A DNA stretch of 64,000 nt, taken from positions 1 to 64,000 of the forward strand of contig CAXXVO010000018.1 of assembly GCA_963422645.2 (NCBI GenBank). The letters are read 5' to 3'. The DNA comes from Alphaproteobacteria bacterium. GTDB taxonomy: Bacteria; Pseudomonadota; Alphaproteobacteria; UBA828. Shown in pieces: positions 35,447 to 44,778 of the stretch; the stretch's first letter is position 1, and each line of letters starts with the position of its first letter. Both the position numbers and the translations under genes were made by a program. A model generated the notes under the pieces. The model was not told where the DNA came from and did no database searches. It saw nothing but the letters and a program-made list of their open reading frames with translations.

Positions 35447-35623
35447 GGAGGCGGGGACAGCGGTCGGAAGAACACGCATCCGACGAGCGGGTGCGGTGCA
35501 ATTTGCCGCGCGTCCACGGCCACGGGCCGGGTACAATACGGGGTGCGGAGCCGGCCGCCGGAAGCAGTTTTGTCATCGGGAACTACGTCACCGATATAAC
35601 GACGCTCACACGTCCCCACCTCC
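35447..35623 (-). ncRNA. Candidate IS110 bridge RNA
   Basis: Non-coding left end; 12-bp closing stem with one G-U pair; internal matches to the target flank and the donor end. Confidence 0.5.
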
Positions 35624-35846
35624 GCCAATACCCATCCTGACACGGCAAATGGGTGCAAGCGCAAGGAAAACGTCAGCCGAACCGCTCCTGTTTCATGCCA
35701 CGGGGTGGCTCAGAACCGCGGGGACCATGACTGTTTTGTGAGTTTGATCGGGCACCAGGATCGCGTAGGCGTTGTGGAGTTTGGCGTCGAGCAGACGATC
35801 GAAGGCATAAGCGAGGTGAACCGTGGGCCGAGCGCCCAAGCGACGT

Positions 35847-36176
35847 TCAGCCATGCCGATCCGCGTCCGATAAAAAGCGTCTCAGCGCCCGCGCGACGAT
35901 CTCCCCGATGGAGTGGCCGCTGCTCCTGGCGTGGGCTCGCAAGGTCTCCGCCAGAGTGCCTGGAATCTTGATGGTGATCGGGATCAGCTCTTCGGTCGGC
36001 TCGGCCGGCTGGCCCATGGCGCGCGCGTCCTGGACGTAGCGATAGGACTGACGCTGCGACAGCCCGAAGCGCTGCGACAGCCGTGCCACGGCTTCGCTCG
36101 CCGTGGCGCCCTGGGCGAGCAGCGTGTAGGCGGCATTGAGCCGCTCGACCTTCTGGGATCTTGTTGACCGGATCAT
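35847..36176 (-). CDS. Small HTH / ribbon-helix-helix-like DNA-binding protein of the recombinase element
   Basis: RFGLSQRQSYRYV HTH-like segment; ITIKIPGTLAETLRAHA..SIGEIVARALRRFL RHH-like segment. Confidence 0.65.
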   Translation of the reverse strand: MIRSTRSQKVERLNAAYTLLAQGATASEAVARLSQRFGLSQRQSYRYVQDARAMGQPAEPTEELIPITIKIPGTLAETLRAHARSSGHSIGEIVARALRRFLSDADRHG

Positions 36177-36480
36177 TTGCCATAAGAATATTACCGTTTG
36201 CGGCGCAAGTCAGTCAAGGGACGGTCTCGCCATTCCACAATCTGACGTTCGAAGCGGAAGTTACCTTTTGCGTTCAGGGCGTCAGCTTCGCCATCCTGCG
36301 CAGCGTCATCACCACCGCCAGAAAGCAGGGCTGGAATATCATCGAAGCCCTGACCAGCCCATCGGATCGGCTCATCGCCACCGTCAAGTGCGCGTAAGCT
36401 CACCTGGCACGGGTTCTCCAACAGCGGAGCCATTCTCATAAACGATCATGGTCGACGCCGTGCTGGACCACCCCATAGAA

Positions 36481-36665
36481 TGAAAATCGGTGCCCGTCGC
36501 GCGGGCGGACTTCGGGCCACATCGGGGTAGCTTACCGGTCGCAGTCCGCAAGAGGGGCATCGTGAGCTGTGAAACCCGGCGACCCCAGAGGAGCACACGG
36601 GCGTCGCGTGGGTAGCGTTGTGCCGAATCCCAGAGAATTTTCACAGCAAGAACCTGGGCAGTTAC
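36481..36665 (+). repeat. 185-bp IS66 right-end segment, repeated at 46419-46602
   Basis: The two copies read as identical apart from one G in a G run. Confidence 0.9.
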
Positions 36666-39600
36666 ATCCTTTGCAGCACTGGGAGCTTGACGAGAGCGGC
36701 CAGCCCACCAACCGCATCCTCGAGCTGCGGCGTCAGGTCTCGTTCATCACGCCGATCCCCAAGCCAAAGAAGAGCAAGGGGTCGCAACAGACGCTGATCT
36801 TCGACGAGGAAGCACAGCGGGTCGCGACCGAAGGCCAGCAATACGAGCTGGCGCAGACGATCAACAGCGTACGGAATGCCGTCGATCGCTGGCGGGAGCT
36901 GCCAGATCAAGGACAGTGGCGCGTGACACCGGAGACGGCCCGGCTGCTGCACCACTGGCGCCACCACAGGTTCAACGATATCCGCCCTTTCTTCTGCCAG
37001 GTCGAGGCGGTGGAGACGGCGATTTGGCTAACCGAGGTCGCACCCCAGATCGCCGCAGGACGCCGGTTCCTCGAACACCTGGACAACGCGAACAAGGAAG
37101 CCAATCCGGCGCTCTCCAGGTTGGCGCTGAAGCTCGCCACCGGCGCAGGCAAGACCACCGTGATGGCCATGCTCATCGCATGGCAGACGATCAACGCGGT
37201 GCGCCGCCCGAACAGCAGGCGCTTCACGCGGGGCTTCCTGATCGTCACTCCCGGCATCACCATCAAGGACCGGCTCCGGGTGCTCCAGCCCAACGACCCG
37301 GACAGCTACTACCAGAGCCGTGAGCTGGTACCGGGCGACATGCTGGGCGATCTCGAACGAGCGAAGATCGTCATCACCAACTTCCATGCCTTCAAGCGCC
37401 GCGAAACGATGGAGGTCTCCAAGGGCGGCCGGGCTCTGCTCCAGGGTCGCGGTCCCGATATAAGGTCGACCGAGAGCGAAGGACAGATGCTTCAGCGGGT
37501 CATGCCCGAGATCATGGGCATGAAGAACGTGCTCGCGCTGAACGACGAGGCGCACCACTGCTATCGCGAGAAGCCCGGCGAGGACGACGAAGGCAACCTG
37601 AAGGGCGAGGACCGCAAGGAAGCCGAGAAGAACCGCGAAGCCGCGAGGCTGTGGATTTCCGGGTTGGAGGCGGTGGGTCAGAAGCTCGGCCTCACCCGCG
37701 TGATCGACCTCTCGGCGACGCCCTTCTTCCTGCGCGGCTCGGGCTACGCGGAAGGGACGCTCTTCCCCTGGACGATGAGCGACTTCTCCCTCATGGACGC
37801 CATCGAGTGCGGAATCGTCAAGCTGCCCCGTGTGCCGGTGGCCGACAACATCCCCGGCGGCGACATGCCGAAGTTCCGCAACCTGTGGGAGCATATCCGC
37901 AAGGACATGCCGAGGAAGGGGCGCGGCAAGACCTCCAATCTCAATCCGCTGCAGATTCCCGTAACTCTGCAGACGGCGCTGGAGGCCCTCTACGGTCACT
38001 ACGAGAAGACCTTCGCTCTCTGGCACGAGGCCGGCATCGAGGTCCCGCCCTGCTTCATCGTGGTCTGCAACAACACCTCGACCTCGAAGCTCATCTACGA
38101 CTACATCGCGGGCTTCCAACGAGAAAACCCGGATGGCTCCACGACTCTGGTCAACGGTCGGCTCAAGCTGTTCCAAAATTTTGACGAGCATGGCACCCCG
38201 CTCGCGCGCCCGCGCACTCTCCTGATCGACAGCGAACAGCTCGAGTCCGGCGATGCGCTCGACAAGAACTTCCGCGCCATGGCGGCGGACGAGATCGAGC
38301 GCTTCCGCTGGGAGATCATCAAGCGCACGGGCGACAAGAAGCGGGCTGATAACCTCTCCGACCAGGACCTGCTGCGTGAGGCGATGAACACTGTTGGCAA
38401 GGAAGGCCGGCTCGGCGGCGCGACCCGCTGCGTCGTCTCGGTCTCGATGCTGACCGAGGGGTGGGACGCAAACACCGTCACCCACGTGCTCGGCGTGCGC
38501 GCCTTCGGCACGCAGCTCCTTTGCGAGCAGGCGGTGGGCCGGGCGCTGCGCCGGCAATCCTACGAGCTGAGCGACGACAACCTGTTTCCCGTCGAGTACG
38601 CCGACGTGCTCGGCATCCCCTTCGACTTCACAGCGAAGCCTGTGGTCGCCCCGCCGCAGAAGCCCACCAACGCGGTCCAGGTCAAAGCGATTACGCCGGA
38701 GCGCGACCGCTGCGAAATCCGTTTTCCGCGTGTCCAGGGTTACCGCGTCGAATTGCCGGAGGAACGATTACAGGCGACCTTCACTGCCGATGACACGCTG
38801 GTTCTGACGCCCGCGCTCGTCGGCCCCTCTCGCACTCGGGTTGAGGGGATTATCGGTGAGGGGGTCGATCTCAACCTGGTTCACACGGGCGATCTGCGCC
38901 GCTCGACCCTGCTGTTTCACCTCACCAAGCGTCTGCTGGAGACGAAGTGGTGCGATCCGGGAGAGGAGCCGAAGCTCCACCTGTTCGGCCAGCTCAAGCG
39001 GGTTGCACGGCAGTGGCTCGACGATCATCTCGTCTGCAAGGGCGGCACGTACCCGGCGCAGCTCATGTATCTGGAGTTGGCGGACATGGCCTGCGAGCGC
39101 ATCACGCGAGGGATCGTCGAGCGGCATGTGGACGAGCGCCCCGTGAAGGCGGTGCTCGATCCCTACAATCCCGCCGGCTCGACGATCCACGTGCGCCTCA
39201 CTACGTCGAAGAAGACGCTGAGGAAGACCGATGCCCGCTATTGCCACATCAACTATGTCGTCTGCGACAGCGACTGGGAGGACCAGTTCTGTTTCGTGGC
39301 CGAGGGGCATCCCCGCGTCCGCGCCTACGTCAAGAACCACGGACTGGGCCTCGAAGTGCCCTATCTGCGCGGTTCCGAGCCGCACAGATACATCCCCGAC
39401 TTCATCGTGCTGGTGGACGACGGCCGTGGCGAGGACGACCCGCTGCACCTGATTGTCGAAGTCAAGGGCTACCGCGGCGAAGACGCGAAGGTGAAGAAGG
39501 CGACCATGGAGACCTATTGGGTGCCGGGCGTGAATGCGCTCGGCACCTTCGGGCGCTGGGCCTTCGCCGAGTTCACGGATGTCTACGAGTTCGAGGCGGG

Positions 39601-39683
39601 GTTCGACGCGCTTGTCCGTGGCTTTCTTCTCAAAGATGCTGCCGAATGAAACCGACTCACTCGGGCACCGGAAGGAACCAGAT

Positions 39684-39923
39684 GTGAAGCTGCACTACTA
39701 TCCCGAGACCGACAGCCTCTATTATCCCGAGACCGACAGCCTCTATGTCGAGTTCAAGGCGGGGCCAGGCGTGGAGACGCGCGAGGTCTCGGACGGCCTG
39801 AACGTCGACCTCGACGGGGACGGCGAAGTCGTGGGCTTCGACATCGACCACGAGTCCCGGCGCCTCGATCTCTCGACGCTGGAGACCGAGGCGCTGCCGC
39901 TGCGCTCCACCAGGGTCGGATGA
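39684..39923 (+). CDS. DUF2283-like small protein with a 24-bp internal tandem duplication
   Basis: KLHYYPETDSLY(YPETDSLY)VEF..DLDGDGEVVGFDI. Confidence 0.7.
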   Translation: MKLHYYPETDSLYYPETDSLYVEFKAGPGVETREVSDGLNVDLDGDGEVVGFDIDHESRRLDLSTLETEALPLRSTRVG

Positions 39924-39967
39924 TCCGTGGCACCTGAGATCAGGATGGCGAAGGCGAGGAAGGGCCG

Positions 39968-40258
39968 GTGAGCAGGGACGATGTTCTCGCGCTGCTACGG
40001 GCGCACAAGACGACGCTGGCGCAGCGCTTCGGCGTGACCGATCTCGCCCTGTTCGGCTCGTTCGCCCGCAACCGGGCCGACGATGACAGCGATGTCGACA
40101 TCCTGGTTCGTTTCGACGGCCCTGTGGACTGGCGGCGCTATTTCGGGGCGCAGTTCTATCTGGAGGACCTGTTCGGTCGCCCGGTCGACCTGGCGACCGA
40201 CGCGACGCTCCGGGCCGAGCTGCGGCCCTATGTGATGCGGGACGCCGTGAATGTCTGA
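39968..40258 (+). CDS. Minimal nucleotidyltransferase (MNT antitoxin)
   Basis: LFGSFAR...DSDVDILV, GRPVDL. Confidence 0.88.
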   Translation: MSRDDVLALLRAHKTTLAQRFGVTDLALFGSFARNRADDDSDVDILVRFDGPVDWRRYFGAQFYLEDLFGRPVDLATDATLRAELRPYVMRDAVNV

Positions 40259-40622
40259 GGCGGGAGAGAGGAAGCGGGAATGGCGCTTCTACGTCTCGGA
40301 CATGATCGGTTTCTGCGAGAGGGTCCTGGACTATACCGCCGGGCTGGACCGGGCATCGTTCGTCGCCAGCGCGATGACGTATGACGCCGTCCTGCGCAAT
40401 CTTGAGTTGATTGGCGAAGCGGCGACCCATATCCCCGAAGCGGTCCGCGACGCTCATCCCGAAATTCCCTGGCGTGCGATCGTCGGAGCGCGCAACCGTC
40501 TCGCCCACAGCTACCTGCTGATCGACGACGAAATCATCTGGACCATGATCGAGGACGCCGTACCGAGCCTTCTTCCCGCGCTCCGGGCGCTCCTGGAGAC
40601 TTCCGGCGAGGACGGCGCGTAG
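40251..40622 (+). CDS. HEPN/DUF86 ribonuclease toxin
   Basis: IGEAA, IPWRAI, RNRLAHSY (RX4HXY); overlaps MNT. Confidence 0.88.
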   Translation: MSEAGERKREWRFYVSDMIGFCERVLDYTAGLDRASFVASAMTYDAVLRNLELIGEAATHIPEAVRDAHPEIPWRAIVGARNRLAHSYLLIDDEIIWTMIEDAVPSLLPALRALLETSGEDGA

Positions 40623-41492
40623 ATGGCGAAGCGAAAGAAGAAGTCGAAGTCCGTCGAGACGCTCACGCATGGCGAGGCGGCGCGGCGCAACATCCCGACC
40701 GCCGAATACCACCCCGTCATGGCCGACGAGGACAAGGCGCCGATCCGCGCGGCCTACGAGCGCCGTAACCGCGACCTCGACCCGCAGCTCGTCTGGCGCG
40801 GCAAGGACGAGCAGGACATGGCCGACCTCGTCGTCCAGGCGCCGCCGCTCTACATCCAGGAGAAGGTGCACCCAAAAGTCCTGATCGACGAACTGCTGCG
40901 GCAAACGAAGGAACGGCGGGAGGAGGAGGCGCCCACCGCGCCCGACCTCTTCGCCGATTTCAACGGCCTGCCTGACGGCGCTGCGCGCACCGAGTTCTAC
41001 CGTCACGACGCCAACTGGTCGAACCGCATGATCCTCGGCGACAGCCTGCAGGTCATGGCCTCGCTGGCGGAGCGCGAGGGCCTGCGCGGCAAGGTGCAGT
41101 GCATCTATATCGACCCGCCCTACGGCATCCGCTTCAACTCCAACTTCCAGTGGTCCACCACCAGCCGCGACGTGAAGGACGGCAAGGCCCAGCACATTAC
41201 CCGCGAGCCCGAGCAGGTGAAGGCCTTTCGCGACACCTGGCGCGACGGCATCCACTCCTACCTGAGCTACCTGCGCGACCGGCTGACCGTGGCGCGCGAC
41301 CTGTTGACCGAAAGCGGTTCGGTCTTCGTGCAGATCGGCGATGAGAACGTGCACCGCGTTCGCGCGTTGATGGACGAAATGTTGTAACTACCCAGGTACC
41401 CCGCCGCCAGTTCTGAGTGCGTGCTGATGTTGCTTGCCGTCGGTGCCGTTTCGCCGTCGGCGCGTCGTTGATCCCCGCTTGACTGTATAGGT

Positions 41493-44009
41493 TCAGACTT
41501 CCTGACCTCGTGATGCTGGCTGTTCTGGGCAGCGTGCCGGGAACTCCTTGAATTCTGATACATTTCGGTTGTTTCAGGCGGTTTTTCGCTGGGTGTCGCG
41601 CCCGAGGTCTGATATTATAATTTGATACCAATTGCACGGGGTCTCAACCATGCCCAGTACCCTCCCAATGTGCCCTCCAGAGGCGGTCTCGATCGGCAAC
41701 AGCTGCTTCGCCGTCCTGATCTCGGACGACACCTTCACCTACTTTTCCAACCTCATTCCCTTTGACAGCCACGCCGCCGATGACCGCACGGCCATGCTCT
41801 TGCGGATCGGCCGCCTCGCGGCGATCAGCGCGGTCTCGCCGCAGGAACTGGCTGACGCTTTCGCTGTCTCGCGCGCGACGGTGCAGCGCGCACGACGGCG
41901 CTACCTGGCCGAGGGCGAAGCGGGGTTCATGAAGCCCCGGCGCGGTCGCGGGCCGTCGGTGTTCACTCCGGAGTTGGCGGAGAAGGCGACGGCGTTGCTG
42001 GCATCGGGCCTGAGCGGCTCTGCGGCGGCCCGGGTTCTCGGCGTGTCAGCGCCATCGGTCAACAAGTGGCGCCGTCAGGGACTGATCGGCAACACGGAGG
42101 CGGATGGGGAGCCCGGACGCTCAGCGCTGGCTGCGCCGCCTGACGCGGGTGCGGCTCCTGAAGGCCGTGTCGATGAAGAGAGTACCGGTGCCCCGGGGCC
42201 GGAGACGGCGCCGGGGCTGGAAGCGCAGCCGCAAACGGATCGCAGCGCGCGCGATCGGCGGGACCGGCAGGCGCCGATGGGGCGTGCGACTTGCGATGTT
42301 CCGGCTCGGGTTCTGGCCAGTTGTGGACAGGCGGGGCCGGTCGAACCGCAGTTCGCCGCCGCCGCCCGCGGTGTCCGCTTCGGCGGCGTGCTCGCCGCCC
42401 TGCCGGCCCTGCTGAAGGAAGGTCTTCTCTCCGAGACCGGTCTCCTGCCATTGCTGCCGAAGGGCTATTACGGCTTGCCTACGATCCTGCTCTTCCTGGC
42501 CTTCATGACCTTGGCGCGGGTGCGCAACCCCGAGAGCCTGCGCTACCAGGCGCCGGGCGAATGGGGCGCCATTCTCGGCCTCGATCGCTGCCCCGAGGTC
42601 AAGACGCTGCGCCGCAAGATCGCTCTCATCGCCGACGACGAGGCCGGCGTGCGGGCGTGGCAGCTCGCCCTTGCCAGGCGCTGGCAGGCGCCGACGAGCC
42701 GGAGCTCTGGGCGACGCTGGCCATCGACGGGCACGTCAAGGTCTACTCCGGCCGCAAGGGGCGCTTGCCCAAGCACTTCGTCTCGCGCGAGAAGCTGTGC
42801 CTGCCGGCGAGCGCCAGCTACTGGATCAACGCTCTGGGCGGCAAGCCGCTGCTCTGTCTGCACAAGCCGCTGGACCCGAAGATGGTCGCGGCCATCGAAG
42901 CCGACGTGGTGCCGGCGCTGCAGGAGCTTGGGATCGTTGGCGCCGGGGCGCCGGACCTGACCGCCGAGCATCCCGGCCAGCCGGCGCTCACCCTGGTCTT
43001 CGACCGCGAGGGCTGGAGCCCGGATCTGTTCCGCCGGCTGGCGAGGCGCGGCGTCGCCTGCCTGACCTGGCACAAGAACTTCAGGGGCGAGGACTGGCCG
43101 GCCGAGGACTTCGGCGCGATGACCGTTCCCATTCACGGACCGGCGGCGGACGGCAGCGCCACCATGCGGCTGGCTGAGAAGCCGGTGACGTTGCCGAACG
43201 GCTTCAGGGTGCGCCAGATCCGCCGCCTGCTCGACAACGGCCGTCAGGTGCCGCTGATCACCACCGATCCGCACAAGCCGATGGCTGAGGTTGCGGGCGC
43301 CATGTTCTCGCGCTGGTCGCAGGAGAACTTCTTCAAGTACATGCGTGACGAGTTCAATCTCGACGCCCTGCCGACCCACGAGCTCGAGCCTCTCGATCCC
43401 GCCGCCATGGTCGTCAACCCGCTGCGGCGGGCCTATGACAAGGCAATCCATCGCCTCGACCGCCAGCTTGGCCGCCTGCGCAACCGCATCGCCGACACGG
43501 CCCGGAAGAAGCAGCCGACGGCGGAACTCAGGAGGGAAGTCAGGGACCTCCAGGATGTCCGCGACATCGTCAGGGCCAGCCGCAGGGAGACGCCCAAGCA
43601 CTGCCGGGCCGGCGACCTCGACGAAGCCGAGCAGCTCGATGCCTTGCCCGCGCGCGAGCGCCTCCTCCTCGACGTCATCCGGATGATCGCCTACCGCGCC
43701 GAAACCCGCATGATGCTTCCCGTCATGCAGGCGCAGGGCCACAAGCCCCATCCCCGGAAACTGCTTCAAGCGCTGCTCACCGCCGATGCCGACATCCTGC
43801 CGGATCCTGGCAATGGCCTCCTGCGGGTCCACATTCTTGGCCTCGCAAACGACGCCTGCGACCGTTGGATCGATGCGGTTCTGAGCGACCTGAACGCCAC
43901 CGAAACGGTCTTCCCCGGCACCCGTCTGCGCATAGTCTACGACATCGACGGGGCCTCGGAATCCGCGCGGCTCGTGTCACCTAAAATCAGCAGAGGTCAG
44001 GAAGTCTGA
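41493..44009 (+). mobile_element. Unclassified DDE-type IS, copy 1; frameshifted transposase 41650-44009
   Basis: 17-bp inverted repeats TCAGACTTCCTGACCTC / GAGGTCAGGAAGTCTGA; N-terminal HTH; IDGH, FDREG, RWSQENFFK motifs; frame change near 42690. Confidence 0.8.
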
Positions 44010-44725
44010 GTTTCAGCGTGGAGATGCCCTCCACGAAGTCCCGCACGTAGTCGTCGATCGGGTTTGTGACGATCTCTTCGGGCGTGCCGACCTGCACGAT
44101 CCGGCCGTCATTCATGATCGCGATGCGGCTGCCGATACGAATCGCCTCGTCCAGATCGTGCGTGATGAAGACCGTCGTCTTGTTCAGCTCGGCCGAGAGC
44201 GTCATGAACTGCTCTTGAAGCCGCCGCCGAATCAGAGGGTCCAGCGCTGAGAAGGGCTCATCCATCAAGAGGATCTCGGGATCCGACGCGAGAGCGCGGG
44301 CGAGCCCGACCCGTTGCTGCATGCCGCCCGACAGCTCGCTCGGAAATCGGTCCTCGTAACCGTCGAGATTGACGAGGCTGAGGCAGCGTTGGGAGACCTC
44401 CCAGCGCGTCGCTTTCGGCTGACCCTGTACCTGCAGCGGGAACGCCACGTTGTCGCGGACCGTGCGGTGCGGGAAGAGCGCCATGTGCTGGAACACCATG
44501 CCGATCTGGGCGGCGCGCAGTTTCCTCAACTCGCCTTCGCCAAGCGCAAGCACGTCCCGCCCCAGAACCTCGATGCGACCGGAGGTCGGCTCGATCAACC
44601 GGTTGATGTGGCGCACCATGGTCGACTTCCCCGAGCCGGATAGACCCATGACGCAAAAGATCTCGCCGCGCGGGACCTCGAACGAGCAATCCGCGATTCC
44701 AACCACGCATCCGAACTGCTCGAAC
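44010..44725 (-). pseudogene. Internal fragment of a glycine-betaine/proline ABC ATPase (ProV/OpuAA-like)
   Basis: [39 protein letters not shown]; both ends truncated. Confidence 0.85.
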
Positions 44726-44778
44726 GCCTGGCGGTGCTGGCCGCGATCATGGCCGTCGAGGCCGACGAGGGTTCGTGA
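44721..44778 (+). pseudogene. C-terminal remnant of an IS66-borne DNA methyltransferase
   Basis: ERLAVLAAIMAVEADEGS* matches ERLAVLAAMMAVEAEDT* of the intact gene ending at 60758; same GTGA overlap with tnpC. Confidence 0.75.

Larger units (their letters stand above)
33966..35730 (-). mobile_element. IS110-family element
   Basis: 2-bp core (GA on +, at 33964-33965 and 35729-35730); subterminal TGAAACAG/CTGTTTCA inverted motif; excision restores the host ORF. Confidence 0.8.
33880..35854 (-). pseudogene. Small accessory ORF of the recombinase element, split by IS110
   Basis: Excising the IS110 gives MAERRLGARPTVHLAYAFDRLLDAKLHNAYAILVPDQTHKTVPVRAQDIGDDHEDRSHLRAGLRRAAER*, overlapping the recombinase start. 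Confidence 0.55.
32282..36283 (-). mobile_element. IS-like large-serine-recombinase element bounded by inverted repeats
   Basis: GACGCCCTGAACGCAAAAGG at 32282 and its perfect reverse complement ending at 36283; splits tnpC. Confidence 0.85.
30888..36397 (+). pseudogene. IS66 transposase TnpC interrupted near its C-terminus (30888-32281 and 36284-36397)
   Basis: NSGKPPSSD, DETG, CNAHHLREL, TNNEAERDLR; the tail FAILRSVITTARKQGWN resumes after 36283. Confidence 0.88.
30774..36665 (+). mobile_element. IS66-family element (TnpC-only type) containing nested elements
   Basis: Ends GTAACTGCCCAGG / CCTGGGCAGTTAC; 8-bp duplication ATCCTTTG at 30766-30773 and 36666-36673. Confidence 0.92.
30711..39649 (+). 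pseudogene. Type III restriction enzyme Res subunit, split by an IS66 stack (30711-30773 and 36674-39649)
   Basis: Joined N-terminus MEAGDRFFERPILNSPYEYPLQHWELD; ATGAGKT, DEAHH, SAT, EGWD, QAVGR helicase motifs; PDF...EVKG nuclease motif. Confidence 0.9.

Noticed and set aside
36500-36610. Known riboswitch or group II intron domain in the IS66 end
   Set aside because: No convincing match to consensus motifs I can recall; kept only as an unassigned structured candidate.
36569-36665. Predicted start of the 1026-aa Res ORF
   Set aside because: Lies within the IS66 end; the native start is ATG 30711. A rescued fusion start cannot be excluded but is unsupported.
41491-44011. GT as a 2-bp target duplication of the unclassified IS
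   Set aside because: The two flanks come from unrelated sequences and copy 2 shows no duplication; probably chance.
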